Assembly: GCA_004431415.1 (NCBI GenBank)
Contig: QPMI01000036.1
Span: forward strand, 372,001 to 436,000
Direction of reading: 5' to 3'
DNA from: Cyanophora paradoxa CCMP329
Lineage: Eukaryota; Plantae; Glaucophyta
Length of the DNA stretch: 64,000 nt
Every line of letters starts with the position of its first letter. Position 1 is the stretch's first letter. A program made the position numbers and the translations under genes. The notes beneath the pieces were generated by a model. It worked only from the letters and a program-made list of their open reading frames with translations, did not search any database and was not told where the DNA came from. Of this stretch, positions 22,319 to 34,710 are shown piece by piece.

Positions 22319-25300
22319 CTACGCTGCGTCGGCGCCGTCGCTCTCGGCGAGGGAGCGGGCGCCGCTGAGGGTGGCGCCGCCTGCGCTGCTCGGGGGCCGC
22401 GGCCGCCCCGCCGACGCCGGGCTGTCCCGGGCCACCAGCGCCCTGTACATCTGCGGGGGTGGTTGAGGCGGGGCGGGGCGGGGCGGGGCGGGGCGGGGCG
22501 GGGGCGGGGCCCAGCGGGCGCGGGCGCGCCTCCTTGAGGGCGTCGATGTTGCGGCGGATGTCGCGCACGCCGGGCGGGTCCCCCGGTCCGTCGAGGCCCC
22601 GCTCGGCGCGTCCTGCCGCCGGCGTGTCGGCCGGGCGGGGGAGGGGAGGGGAGCGCGGGCGCACGGGGGGCGCTGAGACGCCGCTGAGGCCCGGCGACGG
22701 CTGCGCGGGCGCCGTCGACGGAGCGAAGCTGCGGGGCGACGAGCTGCGGCCGCGTGAGGCAGGGGGGGCGGGCGCGGCTCCAGGAGGGCGTACCCGGGGG
22801 AGCGGTTGTGGGGGGCCCTCCGAGGGAGGCGGCGGTGGCGCGCAGGGCCTCAGAGGGAGGACGAGGGCCGGGGCGCGGGTCTGCGGCCCGCGTCAGGGGT
22901 GCAAAGCGGCCGGCCGCCGGGGCGTGCTCACCGGCGACGGGGGCTCCGAGACGCGCGGCGCAGAGCCCTGCGCGGTCCCGTGAGGGGCCGGCTCGGCGCG
23001 GCGCGGGGGCGGGGCGCGTGCCTCGGAGCGGAGGGACGGGGCGGGGGCGACGAGGGGGCCCGCCCCGAGCGCAGGAGGGAGCGGCGGGCGGAGGGCGCCG
23101 GCTGCGGCGGCTGCGGGTGCGGCTCGGGGGCCCCTGGACGTTCTGGCCCTGCCCCGAGAGGTGCGGCGGCGAGCGCTGCGGCGAGCGCTGCGCGGGCACG
23201 TCGGACGCGCGAGGCCGGCCAAGGGAAACGGAGCGGCGCGCCTGGGCCTGGGAGGAGGCGGCGGAGTCGAAGCGGTGCTTGAGGGCATCCGCCTCGCGGG
23301 CGAGGGCGAGCAGGTCGACGCCGTACCCCCCGACCCCGGCCCCGGCCCCCTGCGGCCGCCGCGCCCGGGGCGGCTCCTCTTCCGACTCGGAGTCCTCCGC
23401 CTGCGCGGCTGCGTGAGGCGGGGTGCCGCGCGGGAGGCGGGCCGACCGGAACCGCACCGGCGGGGAGATCCGGGCGGGGGGCGCCGGCGGGGGCGGCGCG
23501 AGGCGCGCGGCTCGGGGCGGCCCAGGCCGGCGGGGGCGCGACCGGGGCCGGGGCGGGGGCGGGGGCGGGGAGGGCGGGGGCCGGGGCGCGGGCGCGCTCG
23601 GCGTGGAGTAGGTCGATCTGGCGGGCGAGGCCCTCCTGGGCGCCCAGGCGCTGCTCCAGGGCCCGGCACGCCCCCGCGAGCTCCTGCACGGCCCGCTCCA
23701 GGTCCCGCATCCGTCCCTCCACCGCCCGCTGCGCCGACGCCGCCCGCTCCGCCAGCAGCGCCTCCCGCATCTGCCCCGGAGATCAGATTCGAAAGAGGGT
23801 GCGGGCGGGGGCCGGGGCGCGCCTCCTCGGCCTCCTTCTCGCGCTCGTCGCGCTCGCGCTCGGCTTCCATGCGGTGCTGCCGGAGCCGCTCCCGCACCGA
23901 CTTCTCCACCTCGGCGCGCAGGCCGCTCAGCGCCTCCTCCACGTAGCCGCGCACGTCGGCGTGCACGTTCTCCGCCGCCCGCACCGCCGCCCGCTGCTCC
24001 GCGTTCCCCTCCAGCTCCCGGATCTGGCCCTCCAGCGCCTTCAGGTACCTGTGGCCCCGCCCCTCCTCTCAGCTCGCGCGGGGCGCCGGGCTGCGGGGCG
24101 GTCCGCGGACCGGTGCGTGCGGAGGGTGACGCGCTCCTCGAGGGCCCCCTCGGCCTCGCGCATGCAGGCCTCGACCTCCTCCCGCAGCGCCGCGCGCGCC
24201 GCCTCCGCCGCCTCGCGGCAGATCGCCGCCGACGTTGCCCCCGTCTCCGCCGCCACCTGCAGGCCCCGTCAAGCCAGCGGGGGCCCGGGGCCTCGAGGCG
24301 GGGCGCGAGCGGGCGGGCCTCGTCGACGAGCTGCTGGCGGGCGACGTCCTCGGCGACTCCGAGGCGCGACTCCGCCGCCGCCGCCATCCCCCGCAACTGC
24401 CGCCCCGACCGATCAGAGTGCTGGATAAGAAGGGGAGGACGGGCGCGCCTGCTCCTCGAGCTGCTTGGCGATGGCGTCGCGGTGGACGTCGATCTTGAGG
24501 GCGATCTCCTTCCCCAGGCTAAAGTCCAGCGCGTCATGCGTCTCCCGCGCCTGCCCCCCCCGCCCTCTCAGGCCGAGCAGGGGCGGAGGGCGGGGCGGGG
24601 CGCCGGCGCACGGCGCGCTCGATGGCCGCGGTGGCGCGCGCCTCGATCTGCGCCTCGATCCCGTCCACCTGCAAGGCGGGGCGGGGCGCGCGTCGACGAA
24701 GAGGCGGGGGCAGCCGGGCGGGCGGGCGGGCGGGCGGACCTTGGCGAGGACGTCCGCGAGGACGCGGCGGGCGGCGTCGGCGCACTCGCTCTCCGCGTAC
24801 ATGGCGGCGTACTGCTTCGCCGCCACCTGCGCGTCCTCCTTCGCCTCCGCCCGCAGCCTGCCCGCCGCGAGCGCTCAGCCGGCCGCGGCGCGGAGAGTCG
24901 GGGGGGAATCAGGGCGGCGCGCTTCTCCTCGAGCTCGCGGTGGGCGCGGTCCACCTCCTCCTGCAGCCGCCCCCGCAGCGTCTCCTCCACCGCCGCCACC
25001 GTCCCTGCCCGCCGCCTCAGGGATCGAGCTGGGGCCTCGGGAGGGGCGGGGCGGACCGGCGACGTCCTCCGCGAGCTCGGCGCCGAGCCCGCGCCGCAGT
25101 GACGAGTGGATCTCCTCGTGCGCCTGCGCCGCCGCCTGCTCCGCGCGCTCCTCCTGCAGAGACCCGTCAGCGAGGCGCGCGGGGCGCGCGTGGGGAGGAG
25201 GTCGGCTCGCCCGCTCGCGCGCGGCCGCGACGAGGCGCTCCTCGATGCTGGCGATCGCCCTGCGGCGAGGACTGTCAGGGCCGGCGTGCGGGCCGCGCGG

Positions 25301-27023
25301 GTGGGCAGTGGCTCGCTTGGCGACGTGCGCGTCGGCGGCGGATCGGATCTGCTCGAGCGCCGCCTGCACCTCCTTGTGCGCGCGCTGCGGGTCCCCGCCG
25401 TGTTAAGAGGAGCGGTCCAAGCTCCGGCGGCCGAGGGGCGGGCCGGCGCGCCTTGCGGTCCTTCTCGACGCTGCTCTGGATCTCGCTCATCGCCCGGGTC
25501 GTCTCCTCCGTCGCCTGCCGCCCGGCTCAGGGCCCGCGCGAAGGCCCCGCGCCGCGATCCCGGCGGACCCGCTCGCGCTGGCGGAGGCTCTCGGCGGTGC
25601 TGCTCGCCTGCTGCTCCACCTGCTGCTTCAGCGCGTCCATCTGCCCCGCGCCCGCCCCGCGTCGGTCCCGGGCCCGCCCCGGGCCTCGCGCGCCGCGCAC
25701 CCGGGCCTCGATGCGGGGCAGGGCCTCCGTGCGGGCATCCCGCCACTCCGCCCGGTCCCGCTGCACCTGCTCTCGCGCCGCCTGCGCTAAAGTGAGCCGG
25801 CGCCGCCCCGGCGGCAGTGTTTAAAGCCTCGGGACGGACCTCGGCATCCCGCACGAGGTCCGCAAGGCGCCGCTCGAGGGCCTCGGCGGCCGCGAGCTGC
25901 TGCCGCTGCTGCTCCACCCCCGCCGCCAGCCGTGCCTGCGAGACGCCCGGCTCAGTCCACCCCGAAGCAAGGCGCGGGCTCGATGGGAGTGTGGGCTAGC
26001 CTCCAGGGTGCGCTGCTTCGCATGGAGCTCGTCGTCCTGCGACTGCATCCACTGCGCCGGCGCGTGAGGCGCGAGGCGCTGGCCAGACGGCCGGCGGGGA
26101 GGCGACCCGCGCGCACGTTCATGACCTTGGCCTCGAGAAGCGACTGCTGCTTCTGCCACTCGGCGGCCTGCGCGTGCATCCAGCGCTCGAGCGCCTCCTC
26201 AATGCTGCCGCGCTTCGCGTCGAGCTCCTCCAGCCGCCGCTGCGTCTTCTTCTCCTCGTTCTGGCTCCAGATGTCCATGTTCCGCTCCAGCGAGACCTGC
26301 CGCGACGCCATGTCCGCCTCCTGGCCCTCCAGCACCCGCACCCGGCTCTCGATGGACCCGTGCAGCCGCTCCTGCCGGCCGCCGTCGGCGCGCGAGCGCC
26401 CCGCACGGGACGGCGCTAGCGCACCAGCTCCGCCTTCTGCTCGTAGAGCTCCTCCAGCTTCGTCTCCGTCCGCTTCAGGATGGCCTTCTGGCCGGCAGCC
26501 GTCTGGTTGAACTGATCCTCGATGCTCTCCGCTGCAAAAGCGCTTGAGCACGGTGCCCGGCACCGCGGCGCCGCGAGCACCCGCGCACCGTAATCTTGGT
26601 TCAGCTTGATGGCGGAGGAGAGCTGCTGCATCTTCTGCTCGTACAGCGAGTGGTAGCTTTCAACCTGCGAGGGCCATGGGCTCAGGCAGGCGGCGCCGCG
26701 AGCGGAGATCGCCCCGTGCCGCGTTCTTAGGCGAGCAGAGCTATCATGTGCTCGGGCGAACGCATTCGAGGCGCGGCGCGGGCGCACCTGCTGCATCCTA
26801 TCGCCGAACGACTGCACGACGAGGCATGCTGAAGTAACCCGCTCCAACTGAGTCTCCAGGTGGGTTATATATACGTTCCTGTCCGCGATTGACGCTGGGC
26901 CCTGCGCGACGCGGTTGGCGCGGTGCGGGCGCGCCGGCAGAGATAGGGCGGCGCGGATTCAACCTTTGCGGCCTGCTTCTTCGCATGTTCTGAGCTGTAG
27001 CTCAGAACCTGCGTCGGCAGCAT
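22319..27023 (-). CDS. Long multi-exon coiled-coil protein of unknown function (start uncertain)
   Basis: Exons NVYITHLETQLERVTSACLVVQSFGDRMQQ|VESYHSLYEQKMQQLSSAIKLNQDY, ERLHGSIESRVRVLEGQE..., many E/R/A/Q heptad exons, ending VRDIRRNIDALKE|MYRALVAR...DGADAA*. Confidence 0.65.
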
Positions 27024-27182
27024 CGCTCCAGCGACCCGGTTCGAATTTAGGGGATACGTGATTTCAGGGGGTTGGCGTGCAGGCAACCGTCCAGCAGCCA
27101 TCCCAAGCGTTTCGAGAGCACGAACACTACTCCTTCATCCGGCCTCAGCCTCATTTCGCGTTCCGGCTTAGCCCGTCGCTCG

Positions 27183-29062
27183 ATGGAGCGCAGCAGGGCG
27201 TTCGCGTGCTGGATCGGCGGCGGCTGGCCTCCCGGCGCCGTCCGGGAGTCGCCGCTTGATCTGATACCTCGTTTCCTGTCGGCGAACTTGCGCGCCGTGC
27301 GCCTCGGCGCGCACAGCGATGTCGATCGGCTTGCAGCTGCGCGTACGTGTACGCATCGATCGGCCGGCTTCGCGATCCGCGGCGCGCACGAGCACCGTGA
27401 GGCCAACGAGCCCCAGCGCGCGATGTCGGACCACCCAGCAAGCGCGAGCTCGAGCGCGAAGCCTCGCGGCGCTGCGGAGCGTCTGACCTTCACGGTCGAC
27501 GAGAGCGTTGCCGGCAAGCATCTCGATCGAGCGCTCTCCCTCCGGTTCTCGGCGTCAAGCAAGAACTACCTGAAAAACCTCATCCGCTTGGGCTTCGTGC
27601 GCGTGAACGACGAGCGGGCGGCGAGCAGCGGGCAGCTCCTCAATCCCGGCGATGTCGTCTCCGTGGAGTTCTCCGAGCCGCCCGACACGCGCCCCGACGC
27701 GGCCGCGGGGCCCGCTGCGCAGGCCCCGCCCCTCGAGGTTCTCTACGAGGACGAGGAGATCATCGGTGCTCCCCACGCGCTGAAAGCTTAAACCCGACGC
27801 TCGCCCCGTCCCAATCTGATGCCGCCCGGCGCCAGTGGTTTCGAAGCCGGCCGGCCAGGTCGTCCACCCCGCACCTGGTGCGAGGCTTTCATCAATTTCT
27901 GATCCCAGCTCAACGCGGTTTCGGAGGCGGGATCCGATCTGACCGCGGGGCGCGCGCAGGGGCGTGGAGCGGGACCCTGGTGGACGCCCTCTGCGCCCAC
28001 TTCGAGGCACACAGGGGCAAGCGGGCCGCCAAGGCGCGCGGGCCCCGCCGAGCCCCGCACGCCGGCGCGCCCCGCGACGCCGGCGCGCCCCGCAGAAGCA
28101 GGACGTGGCGGCGGGGATCGTGCACCGGCTGGACCGGGAGACCAGCGGCGTGGTCATCGCCGGCAAGGTGCGACGGCCGATGACTTTGGATCGTCGTGGT
28201 GTGAAGAACGGCTGCGAACGCTCACCCCCGCGGGCAGACGGCCGCCATGCGGGGGGCCCTCACGGCGCAGCTGCGGACGCGCCGGGTGCGGGCCTGCGCC
28301 GCTCATGATCATCTCTGACTGGTCGCCCTGAGGCCGGTCTCTCCCAGGTCGAGAAGACGTACGTGGCGGTCGTGGAGGGGGTCCCGCGGGCGGCCGGCCT
28401 CAGCGAGGTCCTCGTCTCCCGTCCCCTGAAGCAGGGCCGCCGGGTCCGCCTTCCGACCCTGCCCCCAACTTGGCAAGGAACGCCCAACGACGCCCTGCGC
28501 TCGTTTGCTTGCGCAGGTGCGGGTCTGCGGGGAGGACGAGGAAGGCGCCATGCCCGCCGTCACCGCCTACCGGGTGCTCGCATCCAAGTGAGCGCACCCT
28601 GATCATGAGATCTGCACGCGGTCGGGCAGCTGACGCCCTCGGGCCGCAGTGCCGAGCAGAACAGGAGCGTGCTGCTGGTGCGCGGCTCCCCGGCCTCGCC
28701 GCCTCGACACCGGCCGGCCCCGGCCGGTGCTGACCTCGGGCTCGGCGGGGGCGCAGGTGCGGCTGGAGACGGGGCGGACGCACCAGATCCGCGTCCACCT
28801 CGCCAGCGAGGGCCTCCCCATCGTCGGCGACCGCCTCTACGGCCCCAGCGCCGCCGGTCGCGATCGCGGGGGAGAGGGCGAGGGCGGAGGGCGGCACGCG
28901 CTGCACGCGTGGCGGGTCGCGCTGCGGCACCCGTTCCGGGGGCACGAGGTCAGCGCCGAGGCGCCGCTGCCCGAGGAGCTCGCCCGCCTCTGCGCCTCTG
29001 TCGACCCGGCCTGCCTCGCCCGCCTGCAGCCGCAGCCGCCGGGGCCCGCCCCCGCACCCTGA
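27183..29062 (+). CDS. RluA/RluD-family pseudouridine synthase with S4 domain and probable organellar presequence
   Basis: S4-like GKHLDRAL...LIRLGFVRVND, LEVLYEDEEII|VVSKPAGQVVHPAP, catalytic GIVHRLDRETSG, VEKTYVAVVEG, LETGRTHQIRVHLASEGLPIVGDRLYG, HALHAWRVALRHP. Confidence 0.93.
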
Positions 29063-29397
29063 GCTGAAGCCCGCCCGCCCGCCCGCCCGCCCGCCCGCCG
29101 CGCAGCACGACCACTAGTGTGACTACTATTATACTAGCCTTAACAACATCAGCACACATGTTCTTGAAAGAGCCGACCGATGCCGGGGGGAGCTCTCAGG
29201 CGGGAAAAAGCTACGGATTGCGAATACGGACACTGTCTGATGATCGAGGGCACCCGAGGCGTCGATCAATCACTGCCTGGCACAAGGGGCAGGGAAGGAA
29301 GGACGGGAATGGATACCAAGAGCGGCGCGCGCTTACTGAGGCGATACGACTGAAGAGATCCTAGGCGCTGATAGGAAAAAGCCAATGTGACTAATCG

Positions 29398-30681
29398 TCA
29401 GGACGGGAGAGGGATCGACCTCAAAATGTCTTTATTGCAGATCTGAGCGCGACGGCGACGTCAGCCGCTGAAACTTTCCGGCCGCTGCGCGCGGCAACGC
29501 ACCGGGCAGATCGTCGCCCGGGCCGCGCAGGGAGTGCAGGCCACCGAGTGGTTGCCTGGGGAGCTTTCAGCGGCGAGTCGCGGGAATAGGGCGGCACGGC
29601 GCGGCGGGGGCGCACAGTCCAGGAACGCCGTGGTGACCTTGGCGAAGCGGCAGATCGAGCACTTCGCCTCCGGGGGCGGCGGCACGCCGGACACGGCCAG
29701 GCCGAGCTCGGCGAGCTGCTTCGCGACCGCCGCGGCGTCGACGGGCGCCGCGGGGGCCGCGGCGGGGGCCGCGGCCGCGAGCGGGTCGGACACGGGCACG
29801 GGCTCGGGGACTGCGGCCGGGGGCGCCGCGGGCGAGATCTGGAGGGCGGCCGAGAAGGAGGCGGGCGCGGGCGCAGCGGCGAGCGCCGCCGCGTCCGGGG
29901 AAGCCGCCGGCGCGGGGGAGGGGTCGGGGCTGATGGCGACAATCTGGCCCGCGGGGGCGTCGGCCGGGAGGCGGATCATCAGCCGGCCGCTCAGCGTCCT
30001 CGCCGGCGCTGATCTGAACGGGCACTGGCTGGCAAGGTCCTCCTCCGCCGCGGAGAGGAGCTCCGTAGGCGGCTCAAAGGAGACCGGCGTGCGCGCCCCG
30101 GCGCTCGTAGGCGTGTTCGGCGCGTCCGAGCGCGGCGTCGCGATCCCGGGGCCCACGACGGCCGCCTGCATGATCTGAAGGCGGGTCAGCGCGTCGGAGC
30201 CGGAGCGAGAGCGCGGGCTGGGAGCGGACCTCGAGCCAGCTGTCGTTGCGGATGCGCGAGCGCGGCGGGTCGCCCTCGAGGCTGATGGAAGGGGCCGCCG
30301 ACGTGGAGGTGGGGGTGCTCGGGAGGGTTGGCGACGGGCTGCGTGTCCCCGGGTAGCGGCTGGCACGGGGGACAGGGAGGAGGCGCGCGGGCTCGGGGCT
30401 GGTGCGACTAGCGTTGGAGGACGCGATAGAGACTGGCGGGGCGAGGCCAGAGGAGCCGGAGGAGGCGCTGGTGGAGGAGGAGCCGCTGGAGTTGGTCGCA
30501 ATCGAGTACGACGATGTCGAAGAGCCGTCGTTCAGGTCCGGCTGCACAAAGCACTTGCTGGCAACGTGCCCCGGATCGCCTATGCGCGACGCGCGTCAAC
30601 AAGCGCCGTAGGGCCCAAGGGGAAATCGAATCGCGGGGCACCGCAGCGGTAGCAGTAGCGGCCGGAATAGCCGACAGGCAT
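29398..30681 (-). CDS. Protein with N-terminal CCHC zinc knuckle, Ser/Pro-rich linker and C-terminal C3HC4-type RING finger
   Basis: Spliced MPVGYSGRYCYRCG|DPGHVASKC (CX2CX4HX4C); C-terminus CSICRFAKVTTAFLDC...HSVACTPCAARATICP|ICNKDILRSIPLPS*. Confidence 0.8.
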
Positions 30682-31788
30682 GCGGCACGCATCAAGAACA
30701 TGCATCCGAGACCCGCAGCGATCGCACAGGGTGCCGGCGTGGTCGTCCTCGTGGTGCGACTGGCACGCATCAACCCGCGGTCAGAGCCAACCGCGGGTAG
30801 GAGAGACCGCTGGCGCGCACCGGCATCCCACAAATGCCGCAGTTGGCACCAAGGAAGATGACTGGGCACTTGTTGGCGAGGTGCTCGGGCGAGCCGCAAC
30901 TGCGGAACAGCACTCAGCGCGCACAGGGTTGGGGAGCGGGTCGCGAGCGGCGAAGAGGCGTCGGAAAGTAATAATCAGGCTCACCGATAGCAGTAGGCGC
31001 CTGAAGATCGCCCCGGAAAATGAGTCAGGCGTGACTCGCGGAGAGTGGTGAGTAGGGAGAGGGCGCGAACCCGGATACCGCGCGGGAGCGACCTCGCACT
31101 CATCCGTGCGATGAAGGTGTGATCCGCAGCGAACTGAGAGTCGGCGTCATCACAGGCAGACAGGTGCGAAAGTTCGAACCCGCACCGCAGGCCGGGCGCC
31201 GCCGCGACGAAACCGGGGCTACAAATGAGGCCGACGGAGGATATGGGATCATCGGAGAAGGTGGAAGGTACACTAGCGCGACGCCATCCGGACTTGGCGA
31301 CGCGGGAGTGCCGCCGAAGTACAAAGCACAACCGCACGCGCCAGAGGGGCCGCCGCAGGTCGCACAGCCGTTTGCTCCGTGCTGCTGGTATCGTGGCGAA
31401 GGCTTATCTCGCCACGCCCTCGACTTCATTGCCACAAAGACGGGCAACTCGTCTCAACGGACGCTGCGAAACCCTCCCAAATCCTTCTCGTTGTTGATGC
31501 TGAGGTGCACCGCGACGAAACCGCGCTCGCGTGTTTCCCCTCGTCGTTGGCAGAGCGACCTATTAGATTGTACCCCCAAAAATCAACGTCGGCTTGTTCG
31601 GCGGCGGGGCCGGGAACCGACGCGCGCAGCTATTAAGAGCTTTCCTACAAGATTGTAAGGCCGCCTGCCTGCGCGGCGTGCGCGCTGCAAGCTTGCAGCG
31701 CACTTGTCGACTGCGTTGCGAATTGGCCCTCATCCCCCCGTCTGAAACGTTGCGGGCCTTGCCGCCCCTGCGGCTGTCACCGGCGACG

Positions 31789-34264
31789 ATGGCCCTGGTG
31801 CGGTTCGTTCTGTACAGCGAGCCCGAGGAGGGCCAGACGTGCGTGATCTGCGGCAACTCTTCGGAAACCGGCGACTGGCGACCCGAGAGAGCGCTGAAGC
31901 TGCACAAGAACGGGAATCAAAGGGTTGGCGAATACCTTTCGTCGGGTGGAAAACTTGAGTGCGCTGCGCCGACCCCCCCGCTCGATTTCCCCGGGCTGAC
32001 CTTCGGACCCTCGCCCCGCGCCGCAGGTTCAAGTGCTGCCGCGTATACAACGATGGGCGCATTTTATGGGAGTCAGGAAACAATCGCGTGCTAGATGTGG
32101 TCGCCGGGCGCGGCTTCCAGGTAAGATTAGCCGGCGGGCGACTCGGAGGCGGACCGCGCGCAGCCATCAACGATAGCCGGTGGCGCCCTGACAGTCATTT
32201 CAGGTCAATTTCACATGGATGCAGCGTCCGGAAGGGCTGCAGGTGCTGGAACCGCCTCGCCCGTCGGTCCCGATCATCGCGGTGTCAAGCCCGGTGAGGC
32301 AAGCGGCCCCGGCTCCAGCAGCAGCGAGGTGAGCGCTGGGCAGTCATTGGTATGAGCGCGTTTCTAACGCCGCGTCTGGGCGCAGCGCCTCGCCGCCGGG
32401 GCCGCCCGACGTGCGGGCCATCCTGGAGGAGCGCCTGCGGGCCATGCAGCAGAAGTTCCAAGAGGCGCTGGTCCGCCCCCGGCGCACTCTGTGGGCGCTC
32501 GCGCCGCTTTGAGAGCCGGCGCGGCAGGTCGCGCAGTCGAGGGCGGAGCAGCAGAGGGACCGGGCCCGGGCCGAGGCGGCGGAGATCGAGGCGAGCTTCA
32601 GGCGGGCGCAGGCCGAGCTCGCGCAGGGCGGCCCGGGTCCGCTGCTCGCCCCTCGCCCCGCCGCCGCCGCTCCAAGCCGCTGACCTTCTCTCAGACCGGG
32701 CGGCGGCGCGGCGGCTGGAGCGGGAGAACGCCGAGCTGCGTGCGGAGGCGGACCGGGCGCGGGGCGCCGCCCAGGAGGCCCAGCGGCAGCGTGCGCCCGC
32801 CCGCCCCCGCGCCCGCCGCGCCGCGTGGCTTGATTGGGGCGCCGCGGCAGTGGAGGCGCTGCGCGGGGAGCGGGACGCGGCGGAGCGGGGCCGGGCCGCC
32901 CTGGCCGCCGAGCTCGCCGCCGCCCGCGCCGCCCGGGTCCGCCCTCACCCTCGCGCCCCGGCCCGGGCCCGGCGCGCCCCGGCTGAGCGCGCCTGGCCTG
33001 CCGGGCAGGCGGAGGCGGAGGCGGAGGCGCGGGAGGCGCAGGCGCGGGGGGCGGCGGACCTGCAGGCGGCGCGGGCCCGCGTGCAGGAGCTCGAGCGCGA
33101 GGTCGCCGCCCGCGGCCCGTGCGCGCCACCCCGCCCCGCCCCGCCCCCGCGCCGCGCTGGCGCGCGGGGCCCAAAGAAAGTGCGCAGGCGCGCGCAGGAG
33201 GAGGCGCAGCGGGAGCGCGAGGCCCGCGCCGCCGCCGAGGAGGCCCTCCGGTCCGCTGCAGCTCCCTCCCCCGCCCGCTTGGCCGAGCGAGCGAGCGGGC
33301 GGGCAGGGGCCGGGCGGAGCTGGCGGAGCGGGAGGCGGAGCGGGTGCGGCTGGAGTGCGAGCAGCTGCGGGCGCGGGGCGGCGGCGGCGGCGGGGGCGGC
33401 GAGGGCGACGAGGACCTCCGGGATGCCCTCCAGCGCGTCTCCGGCGAGAAGGCGCGGCAGCGCCCCGCGGAGCCCGCCGCCGTACTCTGACTCGCGCCCC
33501 AGATCGCGGCGCTGATGTCGCTGGAGGGGGCCCAGCGGGAAGCGGAGGCGCTGCGGCGCGACAACGAGCGCCTCACGTCGTACCTCTCCTCCTTCGGCCT
33601 CCTCGGCCGCCTCGGCGGCTCCGCGTCGCGCCCCAGCACCTCCCCGACCCCCTCCGTGCGCCCCCGCCCCACCACCCCGCCCCGCCCGAAGCGGGGCTGA
33701 TGCATACGGCGCGGGGCAGGAGAAGTGGGCGTCGATGAGCCGGGCGAGCTCGCGGGGCTGGTCCCGCCCCTCCTCCGTCAACGGCGGCTCCCGGCGAGCC
33801 TCCCCCGCCTCCTCCCGCGGCGTCTCGCCCTGCGCCAGCCCCTCCAAATTCGTGCGCCCTCCCTTTGAGCAAACCGCCGCGGGGCTCTGAGGCTCGGCGG
33901 GGCGGCGGCAGGGGGAGGAGGTGCCGAGCTCGGAGCGGGCGCGCGGGGCGCTGGAGCGGGAGCGGCAGCGGGAGCTTGCGGGGCGCCTGCTGGCCGAGAG
34001 CCTCGAGCTCCAGAAGGAGCGCGACGAGGCGCTCCGGCAGGAGATGGCCCAGCTCCGCAAGCTCGTCCAGCGCATCGCCGGCAGGAAGCCCGCCCGTGCG
34101 CCCCACCCTCCGACCCCCGCCCTCGGATCCGGCGCCGCTCTCTCACGCGGGCTCGCGGCGCAGAGACGGTGCGGGCGACGCCGCGCAGCAACTCGTCCTC
34201 GGCGCTGCGGACGAGCTCGAGCGAGGAGGCCGCCGCCCCGTCCACGGCCCAGTTCGTCGATTAG
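31789..34264 (+). CDS. CBM20 starch-binding domain plus long coiled-coil protein; multi-exon
   Basis: MALVRFVLYSEPEEGQTCVICGNSSETGDWRPERALKL...LE|FKCCRVYNDGRILWESGNNRVL matches the CBM20 pattern (G....LG.W...A..L; EYK; WE.G.NR); E/A/R heptad exons follow, ending STAQFVD*. Confidence 0.75.
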
Positions 34265-34629
34265 GGCCCGCGGCCGCGGCTCGCAAGGGGTAGCAGGGTA
34301 TGTACGTTGGGCTCGGGACCTTCGAGAGAGTAAATATTGTCAAGTGGGTAGATGGTAGCTGTATTCGTAGGTTTTCTGGCATCATCCTTCGAGGCCCGGA
34401 TAGAAGATGATTTAAGCAATTCCGGCGGCCGCCGGGCCGCGGCGGCCCGACTCGGGCCGAAGGTCTGTCAAGACTGAGCCTCCGGGGGCTGATCATGAAG
34501 GCCTTTACTAGGTTGCCAGGCGTCGTAGTTTAATTTTCAAGGCTTTGATTTATAGGTGTTTCTTTCGTGAGGTATAATTGAAACTGCACGTGCACAGATA
34601 TATATATGAGGGCCATCAATGGGCCAAAC

Positions 34630-34655
34630 GCGAAAAGTCAACTCCGAGAGCTCGA
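34630..34655 (+). repeat. Left terminal direct repeat, overlapping a stem-loop (34637-34669)
   Basis: GCGAAAAGTCAACTCCGAGAGCTCGA; 21/26 identical to 52933-52958, last 11 nt identical; stem TCCGAG/CTCGGA closes the 9-nt loop AGCTCGAGA. Confidence 0.6.
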
Positions 34656-34710
34656 GACTCGGAAGTGACGCTTGGATTGCGGAGGTTCTTATAACCGCCG
34701 CAACAGCTGT

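Noticed and set aside
31119-31658. 179-aa ORF in the divergent intergenic gap
   Set aside because: Non-ATG start, no recognisable motif and no host-like codon bias.
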